From Steroidobacteraceae bacterium (GTDB taxonomy: Bacteria; Pseudomonadota; Gammaproteobacteria; Steroidobacterales; Steroidobacteraceae), in NCBI GenBank assembly GCA_044375655.1, contig JBILMF010000001.1, positions 36,727 through 100,726 of the forward strand: a stretch of 64,000 nucleotides of DNA. The letters are read 5' to 3'. The translations under genes and the position numbers were made by a program. The notes below the pieces were generated by a model, which saw only the letters and a program-made list of their open reading frames with translations, did no database searches and was not told the origin of the DNA. Positions within the stretch are counted from its first letter, which is position 1. The number at the start of each line of letters is the position of its first letter. Positions 8,799-17,416 of this stretch are shown one piece after another.

Positions 8799-10826
8799 TC
8801 AAGCCGGCACGGTGATCTGCTTCGCCTCGAACACCGCCTGCCAGCTTTCGATCTCGCTCACCACAATGTCGTCGGCGGCGTGCGCGAGCTCCGCGACCGA
8901 GCCGTAATCGAGCGCGGAGTCCGGCGCGCGCAGGATGAGCGCAATACGCGCATCCACCGCCTCGAGCTTGCCCGCCGTCACCCGCGAGATCGCCGCAAAG
9001 CGCTCGAAATCGCCGAAGAAACGGATGCCGGACAGCGCGCCGCCGAAGGTCGGCAGCGCCACGCCGAGAAAAGTGAATACTTTGGTCAGGCTCTTGAAGA
9101 GCTCCTGATCGAGGAGCCCGACCCAGCTGGTCGCTGCCAGAACGAGGTACAGCGCCGCCGCGGCCACCGCGAGCTGGAAGGAGCGCTCGGACAGGTGGTC
9201 GAGATTGTGGTGCACGGCGGTCAGGCGTCGCGCCTTCTGTGCGTGGTAGCCGCACTGCGAGGAAACATGCGGTGCGATCAACTCGACCAGTACGGCGCGC
9301 AGGTATTCCGGGGTGATGCGTACGTGGGGCAGACCGATTTCGCGTAGCGCATGGCGTGCATAGTGTTCGGGCCAGGCGGTGTCGGATCCACGCGGCCAGC
9401 GGCCGGTGGCGCGTGCTGCGCCGAGCGACAGCAGCAACGGTGAGTGGCGCAGGTATTCGGCGACGCGGCGTGTCTCGAACCAGCGGCCATGCCAGCGGCG
9501 TCCCTGGCCAACGAAGGTGATGGCAAGGATGGCGCCGAGCAGCACGAGTTCGAAGGCCGCGAACGGCCACTTCCAGGAACTGTCCACGACCGGCAGGTAG
9601 GCGACGCCGCTGATCACCGCCAACGCCGACAACACGAAGTTGACGACCATGCTGCCACGATAGGTGTCGGATAAATGCGCAGCGATGCCGTCTGACCAGG
9701 CAAAGCGACCGAGTACACCCTCGACCACGCGCTCGGCAAAGGGTCGGTCGGCCGACGGCAGGTTCGCGAGCGCCGAGGCCACGCCTGCGCCTGACCCGGT
9801 GGCGATCTCGTCGGGCGTCTCATAGGTCTGGGTCAGCGAGCGGCGCGGACGCGGACGCTTCTGCCCGTCGAAGCTGCGCTCTACCCAGCGGTACGCATGC
9901 CACAGCGGATTGCTGCGCGCGCGCCAGTTGCCGGCCGAGATCGCCGCGACCCCGAGATCGCGGGCGGGCGGCACAGCCGCCACGCCGACAACGCCCGGCA
10001 GCAGCGACGACAGCAAGATCTGTCGCAGCAGCGTTTCGCGGTCGGCGAGCGCGGAGTCCTCGTGGAGCAGTGCAAGCGACTCCGGTGCACCGAGGATGCG
10101 CCACGCATCGGGTACGGCGGGGTCGATCCAGAGTACGGGCGTACCCATGTCGAGGGCGGCGGCAACGGTATGGCCCGTGCCGCCGACGAGGCTGGTGCGG
10201 GCACCGTCCCAGACAGCGATCACCAGATCGGAATGCTCGATCATCACCCGCCCGGCGAGCGCCACGCGCACCGAGCTGTCGGCGCGAAACACATCCGAGC
10301 GGCCCACGTCTTCCGGGCGATCGTGCATGGCGAGGAGGTGTTCGGTGATCGCCGCATCGGCGTCGGCGAGCTCGAAGACCTGCGCCTGAGTGGTGATGGA
10401 TCGCAGCGCCGCAGCACGGCGCTGCACGTCAGCGTCGGCCGGTTCACGGCCGGCGAGCAGCGCGCGGGCGTCCTCAGCCGTGCGCGGGCCGGCGTTGATG
10501 GCGCAGTTGAGCGACTGTCCGAACGGCAGCAGAGCGATGAGATCCCAGCCGCGACCGAGGGCCGCATGCGCCGCCATCTGATCGGTGCCATCCGCCATGA
10601 GCGACTGCATGCGGATCGGCGCAAAGGGCTCGCCGAAGGGTGGGGTCAAGGAGCCGACGATGGCGACGATCTCGTCGAGCACGCGACCCATGGCGGACTC
10701 GATGGCCGCCGCACGCGGTGCGTAGGACGGATGGTCGGCTCGATGTCCCGTAACGCCGAGGGACAGACGCACGCGCGGCGCGCGCGGCGGAGTGACAGGT
10801 CGGGCGGCGTCGGTCGGTTCGCGCAC
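8799..10826 (-). CDS. SLOG (DprA/LOG-like Rossmann) domain fused to two SLATT/DUF4231-like 2TM modules
   Basis: N-terminal Rossmann-like pattern: LSLGVTGHR, SLMADGTDQMAAHAAL (compare DprA GxxxGID..AH..AL), DLVIAVWDG...LVGGTGHTVAAAL (LOG/DprA GGxG-type loop). Residues ~390-460 give TM (VVNFVLSALAVISGVAYLPVV), TM (WPFAAFELVLLGAILAITFVG), then RRWHGRWFETRRVAEYLR. Residues ~525-625 give GYHAQKARRL, then TM (FQLAVAAAALYLVLAATSWVGLL), TM (VFTFLGVALPTFGGALSGI) and an amphipathic helix. The GTG start is 9 nt after the eptA stop. Confidence 0.6.
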   Translation of the reverse strand: MREPTDAARPVTPPRAPRVRLSLGVTGHRADHPSYAPRAAAIESAMGRVLDEIVAIVGSLTPPFGEPFAPIRMQSLMADGTDQMAAHAALGRGWDLIALLPFGQSLNCAINAGPRTAEDARALLAGREPADADVQRRAAALRSITTQAQVFELADADAAITEHLLAMHDRPEDVGRSDVFRADSSVRVALAGRVMIEHSDLVIAVWDGARTSLVGGTGHTVAAALDMGTPVLWIDPAVPDAWRILGAPESLALLHEDSALADRETLLRQILLSSLLPGVVGVAAVPPARDLGVAAISAGNWRARSNPLWHAYRWVERSFDGQKRPRPRRSLTQTYETPDEIATGSGAGVASALANLPSADRPFAERVVEGVLGRFAWSDGIAAHLSDTYRGSMVVNFVLSALAVISGVAYLPVVDSSWKWPFAAFELVLLGAILAITFVGQGRRWHGRWFETRRVAEYLRHSPLLLSLGAARATGRWPRGSDTAWPEHYARHALREIGLPHVRITPEYLRAVLVELIAPHVSSQCGYHAQKARRLTAVHHNLDHLSERSFQLAVAAAALYLVLAATSWVGLLDQELFKSLTKVFTFLGVALPTFGGALSGIRFFGDFERFAAISRVTAGKLEAVDARIALILRAPDSALDYGSVAELAHAADDIVVSEIESWQAVFEAKQITVPA

Positions 10827-10835
10827 CGGCGAAGT

Positions 10836-12518
10836 TTAGCCGAGATCCCGTGGCCGGCATTCCGTAAACATGTCGAGCGCGCGATTGCGTGCGGCTGTAT
10901 CGACCTGCAGCAGGCCGAGTACGGTGTGGAAGATGTTGTCGTGCGACAGTTCGCGCTTGCGGCCGCGCTCGACGCAGGCCATGTCGAGGCCCATGCGGCG
11001 CGCGTACCCCTCCGAGGCCCAGAAGACCATCGGCACCCGGGTCTGCTGGTCCGGGGCGATCGCGTACGGCAGCGCGTGCAGGAAGACGCCGCTCTCGCCC
11101 AGCGACTCGCCGTGATCGGAGACGTAGAGCAGCGCCGTGTCCGCACGGTCGGCGATTGCCGCCAGCGAGCGGATCGCACCGGCAAGCAGGTGATCGGTAT
11201 AAAGGATGGTGTCGTCGTAAGCGTTGACGATTTCCTCGACCTGGCACTTGGAGAAATCCGTCTCGCGGCAGACCGGGGTGAACTGCTCGAACTGCCGTGG
11301 ATAGCGCAGGTGATAGCCGGGTCCGTGGCTGCCGAGCATGTGCAGCACGGCCAGGCGTCGACCCGCAGGCTGCGCCAGAGATTTTTCGAAGAGGTCGAAC
11401 ATCGCGCCGTCCATGCAGGGGCCATCGCCCACGCAAAGCTGCGGATAGTCCTCGCGCGCGGCCCGGATCTCGGGAAGGCCGCGACAGACGCCCTTGCAGT
11501 GGGTGTTGTTGCCGAACCATTGGACCGTGAAGCCCGCCTTGCCCACGATATCGACGAGGTTGTCGCGGGCCTTGGCCTTCTCCGCCGAGAAACCGGCGCG
11601 GCCGAGATCCGAGAACATGCAGGGGACGGAGATGGCGGTGGAGGTGCCGCAGGACGACACGGCAGTGAAGTTGATCAGACCCGGCGTCGCGGCAAGTTGC
11701 GGCGTGGTCTGCCGCCGGTACCCGTCCAGCCCAAAGTCTGCTGCGCGTGCGGTTTCGCCAACCACCAGTACGACGATGAGGGGACGCACGGCGTCCGCGG
11801 CCTGCCACAGCTTGCCGGGTCGTGCATCGCTGCCGATCGGTTCATAAGGCAAGTCGGGTTTCGTCACCTCGGCGACATAGCTGCCGGCACCCGCTAGGTA
11901 GTTGACCGGCACGAGCAGGTGGCGCAGTTCACGGTTGTTGCGCAGCGTCGCAGCATGGTCCTGGTAGTAGAGCGCGGCGATCGCCCCGATGCCGAGTGCC
12001 GTGAGCCCCAGTGCGAGGCCACGGTGCGCCAACTCAACTCGCCACGTCGCGAGGACGAGACGCGTGCGCATCACCAGCACGGCGGGCAGCACGCCGAGCA
12101 GGCCGACGTAGAGGATCAGACTGAGATTGATGAGCTCCCCCGCCTCGAGGCCGTCGGTCTCGAAGACATTGCGGATCATCACCCGGTCGATGCGCACGCC
12201 GTAGGCCTGCACGAAGTAGGACGCGAGGGCGGCGAGCAGCAACACGACCGCCAGCAGCGGGCGGGCGAGCGGCCGGATCAGCGTGAACACCAGCAGAAAC
12301 AGGTTGATCAGCAGAAAGGCGAGCAGCGCGAACGAGATCAGGTAGAAGACATCGTCCGCCGAAGCGGGCGGCCGGATCTCGAACACCCGCGACCAGAAAG
12401 GCAGGTTGAGTGCGAGCAGGCACCAGAGCGACGCGCAGGCCGTGAGCGCCGTGGTGCTGATCTGCCATCGGGGGAGTTGCAGTTTCATGGAGATATCGTG
12501 CCCGGAGTGCGGCCGCAT
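10836..12518 (-). CDS. eptA: Phosphoethanolamine-lipid A transferase (EptA/MCR family)
   Basis: Five N-terminal TM helices plus a sulfatase-like domain with VVGETARAADFGLDGY, SSCGTSTAISVPCMFS (nucleophilic Thr context as in EptA/MCR-1), HMLGSHGPGYHLRYP and YVSDHGESLGE. An alternative internal start ATG at 12488 (MKLQLPRW) is possible; GC3 of the intervening 10 codons favours 12518. Confidence 0.9.
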   Translation of the reverse strand: MRPHSGHDISMKLQLPRWQISTTALTACASLWCLLALNLPFWSRVFEIRPPASADDVFYLISFALLAFLLINLFLLVFTLIRPLARPLLAVVLLLAALASYFVQAYGVRIDRVMIRNVFETDGLEAGELINLSLILYVGLLGVLPAVLVMRTRLVLATWRVELAHRGLALGLTALGIGAIAALYYQDHAATLRNNRELRHLLVPVNYLAGAGSYVAEVTKPDLPYEPIGSDARPGKLWQAADAVRPLIVVLVVGETARAADFGLDGYRRQTTPQLAATPGLINFTAVSSCGTSTAISVPCMFSDLGRAGFSAEKAKARDNLVDIVGKAGFTVQWFGNNTHCKGVCRGLPEIRAAREDYPQLCVGDGPCMDGAMFDLFEKSLAQPAGRRLAVLHMLGSHGPGYHLRYPRQFEQFTPVCRETDFSKCQVEEIVNAYDDTILYTDHLLAGAIRSLAAIADRADTALLYVSDHGESLGESGVFLHALPYAIAPDQQTRVPMVFWASEGYARRMGLDMACVERGRKRELSHDNIFHTVLGLLQVDTAARNRALDMFTECRPRDLG

Positions 12519-12526
12519 GCGGCCGT

Positions 12527-14239
12527 TCAGAAGCTGCGCTTGGTCTCGACGGTCACCTGCATGCTCTTCAGCGACTTGTCACCGCCTACCGGAAAAGCGA
12601 GGTCGATATGCAGCACGTTGCCGAGCGCCGAGCGGCTGTTGCCGAGGCGCAAGCCGACACCGACGTCACCGAGCACCTCCTGCGTGCCGCTCGCAAACGG
12701 GTCACGACCCCAGGTGCCACCGACGTCGAGGAAGGCGGCGCCGCCGACATGCACCAGCCGGAAGGGATACCAGTCGGTGAAGGCCCGCTGTTCGAGGGTC
12801 AGCAGCCAGCGACCCTGCCCGCCCTGATAGCGCAGCGGATAACCGCGCAACCCCGTATCGCCGCCCAGCATCAGCTCGCGATCGGCATCCAGCTTCTCAC
12901 CGCTGTCGACCGCCAGACTGGCAAAGAAAAGCCGCCTCTCGGACTGCCGGTGATAGTAGCGCGCCGAGGCGCTGAGCAGCGTATCGGCGAACGCACCGTG
13001 CTCATGGCGGCCGTCCAGCGAGGCGGCGAGCAGCAGGCTGCGCTTGCCGCTCAATTCGTAGCCCTTGCTGAGTTGTGAGGTGAAGATCACCGCGTTACGG
13101 TCGGCATCGAGACCCTTGGTCGAGTAGCCGATCCGTATGCCGGCGCGCCAGCCGTACTGGAAGTCCTCGGTGCGCTCGATCTGGTCGAGGTTGCGCAGCG
13201 CGCGAAAATCATCCTCCACGAACTCGACCGCCGCCCACGGATAGACCAGCTTGCGATCCGCAGGCGCCGCCGCGCGAAAGCGGCTGCCCGCCACCGGGTC
13301 GAACACCCGCTCGTCGTCCGTGAGACCGACCGACCAGCGTGTGACGAAGCGCCCCTGCAGGCCGCGCGACCAGCCGACCCAGGCGCTGCGGAAGCGGCGA
13401 TCGACGAGATACTCGGCAACCGGCTCGCCGCGGTCGTAGCGCGTGTCGATGCGATTCGTCTTGAACGAGGAAAAACCGCCCGCACGGCGGGTATCGAGGG
13501 CGTAGAAAGGCTGCTCGAGCAGCAGCCGCTTGGCGCCACCGTCGCTGAAGTCGGAGTGCTCGAGCTCGAGCGCCCACCAGGTGCTGCCGAGTTGGCGGTC
13601 GACATAGCGGAAGGAGGTGATGTCGCGATCGACTTCGTTCAGCTGCTTGAAGTTGAGCTGCGAGCCCTGCCCGAAAAGATTGAGCTCCTCGAGTTCGAAG
13701 CCTGAGGTGCTCTTGCCGCCCGAGCGGCCGAAAGAGATGCCGGGATTGAGCGTCCAGACATCACGCGTCACCACCTCGATGTCCACCACCCCGTCGACGT
13801 AGCGCACCGGACGCACTGCGGCATCGTAGAGATAGCGGGTATCGCGCAGCAGCCGCTCGCTCTCCTCGAGCAGTCGCCCCTTGTAGGGATCGCCCGCGCG
13901 GAACAGCAGCCGGTCGACGATGGTCGTTTCACGACTGTTGACGTGCAGGCGATTGGCCGTACGGAACAGCCAGGTGTTCTCATCTGGACGGCTGGTGTCG
14001 AAGACGTCGAGCGCACGGATGGTCACCGTGCCGATGCGTGCGCCCGCCGCCTCGAGTGTGGCGTCATCCGGTACCTCGGCCGGGCGTTTGCGTTCCACCG
14101 GGTCGGTACGGGCCGCCACCAGCGGCCTGCCAGCGGGGGGCTCGGCCGCAGACAGCCACGCGCAGAACAAAGCAACGCCTCCAAAGACTGTTACCGCGAC
14201 AAGTCGATCAAGCGGCTCTAGACATCGGCGATGGTTCAT
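12527..14239 (-). CDS. Omp85/BamA-family outer-membrane protein (POTRA plus beta-barrel)
   Basis: ATG at 14239 (MNHRRCL...) gives a signal peptide ending in WLSAAEP. A POTRA-like region (IGTVTIRALDVFD...) precedes long alternating beta-strand sequence that ends in the aromatic terminus VETKRSF. Confidence 0.8.
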   Translation of the reverse strand: MNHRRCLEPLDRLVAVTVFGGVALFCAWLSAAEPPAGRPLVAARTDPVERKRPAEVPDDATLEAAGARIGTVTIRALDVFDTSRPDENTWLFRTANRLHVNSRETTIVDRLLFRAGDPYKGRLLEESERLLRDTRYLYDAAVRPVRYVDGVVDIEVVTRDVWTLNPGISFGRSGGKSTSGFELEELNLFGQGSQLNFKQLNEVDRDITSFRYVDRQLGSTWWALELEHSDFSDGGAKRLLLEQPFYALDTRRAGGFSSFKTNRIDTRYDRGEPVAEYLVDRRFRSAWVGWSRGLQGRFVTRWSVGLTDDERVFDPVAGSRFRAAAPADRKLVYPWAAVEFVEDDFRALRNLDQIERTEDFQYGWRAGIRIGYSTKGLDADRNAVIFTSQLSKGYELSGKRSLLLAASLDGRHEHGAFADTLLSASARYYHRQSERRLFFASLAVDSGEKLDADRELMLGGDTGLRGYPLRYQGGQGRWLLTLEQRAFTDWYPFRLVHVGGAAFLDVGGTWGRDPFASGTQEVLGDVGVGLRLGNSRSALGNVLHIDLAFPVGGDKSLKSMQVTVETKRSF

Positions 14240-14610
14240 TCGGTGAACAGCAACGCGCCCGTCACCAGAGGCAGCGCCAGGTGGACACGCAGGAAACCGG
14301 GACTGAGGCGGCGGAGCGACAAGGTTGTGAGGTGGCTTGTGGCAAGGCTCCCGGGACGATCGGAGACGACCGAGGAGGCCCTGCGCGGCTTCAAGGAGAC
14401 CTTGAAATCCGTCGCAAGTTCCCGAAGTTATTGACGTTTCGGACAACCCCCGGGCGCAAGTGTGACGCAGGGCAGGTACGGTGGCCAGCCTTTACCCGCC
14501 GCGCGGCCTGCCGCATCATCCATGGCCCGCTCTACCTCGCGCCAGCGCACCGCACCCGATCCTGCCGACTGCGCACCCCGGGAACAGCGGCCATCCTCTG
14601 AGGGTCGACC

Positions 14611-15135
14611 ATGAAAAAACTGCTCGCGCTCGTTCTGTTCGCCATCGCAGCGCCGCTCGGCCTCGCCGCCGCCGAAGTCGGCAAGCCAGCGCCGGATTTC
14701 CGGCTGCAGGACCAGACCGGCGCGTGGCGCTCGCTGGCCGATTACCGGGGCAAGTGGGTAGTGCTCTATTTCTACCCCAAGGACAACACCCCGGGCTGCA
14801 CCACTCAGGCCTGCGAGTTCCGCGACGAGATCTTCGCCTTCCGCAGGGCCAACGCGGTGATCCTCGGCGTGAGCGTCGACAAGGTCGACTCCAAGGAAGC
14901 CTTCGCCAAGGAGCACAGCCTGCCGTTCCCGGTGCTGGCGGACGCCGATACCGCCACCACCCGCGCCTACGGCTCGCTCACCAGCTACCCGCAGTTCAAG
15001 CTCTTCAATATCGCCCGCCGCGACACTTTCATCATCGACCCCGAGGGTCGGGTGGCGAGGCGCTTCGACAACGTCAATCCCAACGGGCACTCGAAGATGG
15101 TGCTCGCCGAGCTGACCGCCCTGCAGGCCCGCTGA
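14611..15135 (+). CDS. bcp: Secreted peroxiredoxin, Bcp/PrxQ type
   Basis: Signal peptide MKKLLALVLFAIAAPLGLAAA; peroxidatic Cys motif YFYPKDNTPGCTTQACEF. Confidence 0.9.
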   Translation: MKKLLALVLFAIAAPLGLAAAEVGKPAPDFRLQDQTGAWRSLADYRGKWVVLYFYPKDNTPGCTTQACEFRDEIFAFRRANAVILGVSVDKVDSKEAFAKEHSLPFPVLADADTATTRAYGSLTSYPQFKLFNIARRDTFIIDPEGRVARRFDNVNPNGHSKMVLAELTALQAR

Positions 15136-15192
15136 ACCCGGGCGTCACGGCCGCGCGACGAACTGCGACGGACTACCCGTTTTGGCTAACCG

Positions 15193-15966
15193 ATGACCGT
15201 CAAATCCTCCCGCCCGGGTCCGTTAAAGACAGCGAAGGCTCCTGCGGAGCCGAGACGCCATCGCCCGGAGCTGGATATGTTCGACCTGCCACAATTTGCC
15301 ATCAGCGATCGCCACGCCCGGGGCCTGCGACGGCATATCGAGCGGCGGATCCGGGACCGGCAGCAGAACCTGAAGGTCAGCCGCAACCCGCAGAAGTTCG
15401 GTCCGCGGGTGCGCATGGTGCACGACCTGCTGGTGGCGGCGCTCGGCCCCGGCAGGGTGATGATGGTCGAGGACAGCAAGAAGCTCGCCATGTGGACCTG
15501 CTGCGAGCTGAACGCGGACGGGATGTACCAGTTGCGCGGCGAATCGCTGCGCAAGCGCAGCGGCGACATCCTCAGCGAGGTGCAGGAATACCCGCTGCTC
15601 GCGACGCCACATTTCTTCGAGCGGCTCATTCAGGGCTTCAGGCTCGAGGGGCACACCCTGATCACCACCATGATCGACGTGATCCGTCTGCTCATGGACG
15701 AAGTGGGCATCGACGAGACGGCTTCCGAGGGTCGCTGGCCGACCTGGCGCGTGCACGGCAACGCCTGGTTCGCGCTCGAGTATGGTCTCGCTGCAGGCGA
15801 CGTACCGCAGTACGGCGAGGTGGTGCTGCGCACCATCATCCCGGTGGCCAGCCTGCACCCCGCGCGGCGCGAGGCCTGGGAGGCCATGCGCAGCGCGGGC
15901 CGCCCGGTGTCCGTTTCAAAGGCCAATCGCAGCGCGCTGTCGCTCGAAACCGAGCAGGCTCAATAG
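15193..15966 (+). CDS. Hypothetical protein (no recognisable motif)
   Basis: Long ORF with GC3 bias in a gap not explained by other genes. The start is uncertain (ATG 15193 or ATG 15277, MFDLPQF). Confidence 0.5.
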   Translation: MTVKSSRPGPLKTAKAPAEPRRHRPELDMFDLPQFAISDRHARGLRRHIERRIRDRQQNLKVSRNPQKFGPRVRMVHDLLVAALGPGRVMMVEDSKKLAMWTCCELNADGMYQLRGESLRKRSGDILSEVQEYPLLATPHFFERLIQGFRLEGHTLITTMIDVIRLLMDEVGIDETASEGRWPTWRVHGNAWFALEYGLAAGDVPQYGEVVLRTIIPVASLHPARREAWEAMRSAGRPVSVSKANRSALSLETEQAQ

Positions 15967-16040
15967 CTGACCCGCCGCGCCGCCTATAATCGGCGCCGTG
16001 CCGACCCGCTCGGCTTGTTGGCTGTCGCCACCGGTAATCC

Positions 16041-17408
16041 ATGCTCCGCATCTGCCCGCCCTGCGCCCACCTGTCCCGCATTCACCTACCCGTCGCCCGC
16101 CCCGCGCACACCGGTCTGCCGCCGTTGGTGCTGCTGGCCGCTCTTGTCATCAGCGCCTGCGCGGGGTTAGCCGGCGCCGACACGCCGGCGCAGAACGCCT
16201 TCACCGAGGCGAACCGCTACACCGTCAAGATCAACGCCTCGACCGAATACTCCTTCATCGAGCGCGAGTCGGGCGCCTGGACAGGCGCCGGGTTCCTCGT
16301 CGACCGGCAGCGCCGCTGGGTGCTCACCAACGCGCACGTCGCCGGCTACGTGCAGACCACACTGCAGGCGAACTTCAAGGGTGAGCCCAGCCGCCCCGCG
16401 CGCGCGCTGTTCGTCGACAATCTCCTCGACGTCGCGGTGATCGAACTCGCCGCGGGAGCCGTTCCCGCCGAGGCCACCGAGGCCCGGCTGGCCTGCGAGC
16501 GCCTGCCTCCGGTGGGATCCGACCTCGGCGCCTTCGGTCACCCGCTCGGGTACGCCTTCACTGCGACCCGCGGCATCATGGCCGGCATCACCTATTCAGA
16601 GGGCTATCCGATGATCCAGACGGATACGCCGATCAGCCCCGGCAACTCGGGCGGGCCGCTGATTGACCTCGCGAGTGGTGAGGTGGTGGGCATCAACACC
16701 GCCTCGGTGGGCGACAAGCGCGCGCAGAACATGAACTTCGCAGTGATGATTCCGCACGCCTGCCGGATCCTCGAGCTGCTGCGCGCGGGCCAGCCGGCGA
16801 CTATTCCGCGCATCACCACCGACTTCGCGGCCGACGAGGACGACGTGCTCACCCTGACGGTGGCGCGCACGCCCACGCAGGCGGACGGCTTCGGACTCGA
16901 GGCCGGCGACACCGTGCTCGGCATCCGCGGCGATCCGCGCCAGTTCGCGAGCGCCGACGATCTGCTGCTCGCGCTGCGCGGCCGCTACGGCGATGTGCCG
17001 CTGCAGGTGCTGCGTGGCGGGCGGGAGATCACGCTGAGCACGGCCCTGAAGCCGAGCCTGCAGCATGTCGGCCGCAAGGGTCTGGCCGTCAGCGGCGTGG
17101 TATTTGCGCCGCGGCTGCTGGTGGAGGTTGCGAACGCCGACGAAGCGGGTGTGCTCATCGTCCATCAGGTCGAGCCGGGCTCGATCGGCGACCTGCACCA
17201 GATCGACTATGGGCCGGAGGTCATCTCGGTCGACGGGCAGCGTATAGGCAGCTTGCGCCAACTTCGCGAACTCGCCGAACAGGCAAAGCGCGAGCAGCGC
17301 GAGTTGCGCCTGATGCTGCGCGCGGTCACCGATGGCAGCGTGGCCATGGAGTTGTTCCACGTGCGCGACCTGCCGGTCGACACCATCGAGGTTTATCCCC
17401 CCGAGTAA
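16041..17408 (+). CDS. Trypsin-like (S1C/DegP-related) serine protease lipoprotein with C-terminal PDZ-like region
   Basis: Lipobox LVISAC. Catalytic triad contexts WVLTNAHV, LDVAVIEL and PGNSGGPLID. Confidence 0.8.
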   Translation: MLRICPPCAHLSRIHLPVARPAHTGLPPLVLLAALVISACAGLAGADTPAQNAFTEANRYTVKINASTEYSFIERESGAWTGAGFLVDRQRRWVLTNAHVAGYVQTTLQANFKGEPSRPARALFVDNLLDVAVIELAAGAVPAEATEARLACERLPPVGSDLGAFGHPLGYAFTATRGIMAGITYSEGYPMIQTDTPISPGNSGGPLIDLASGEVVGINTASVGDKRAQNMNFAVMIPHACRILELLRAGQPATIPRITTDFAADEDDVLTLTVARTPTQADGFGLEAGDTVLGIRGDPRQFASADDLLLALRGRYGDVPLQVLRGGREITLSTALKPSLQHVGRKGLAVSGVVFAPRLLVEVANADEAGVLIVHQVEPGSIGDLHQIDYGPEVISVDGQRIGSLRQLRELAEQAKREQRELRLMLRAVTDGSVAMELFHVRDLPVDTIEVYPPE

Positions 17409-17416
17409 GGCGGACC

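Noticed and set aside
10836-12518. EptA/MCR-family gene considered as a mobile colistin-resistance (mcr) cassette.
   Set aside because: No IS element, transposase or plasmid gene flanks it. GC content and codon bias match the host. I interpret it as a chromosomal eptA homolog. Its linkage to the TIR cluster is reported separately.
14240-14610. 371-bp divergent intergenic region between the Omp85 gene and bcp, scanned for a tRNA, sRNA or small ORF.
   Set aside because: I found no cloverleaf-compatible arms, no convincing promoter/terminator pair and no ORF with an SD. I treat it as a divergent promoter region. A computational ncRNA scan would be needed to say more.
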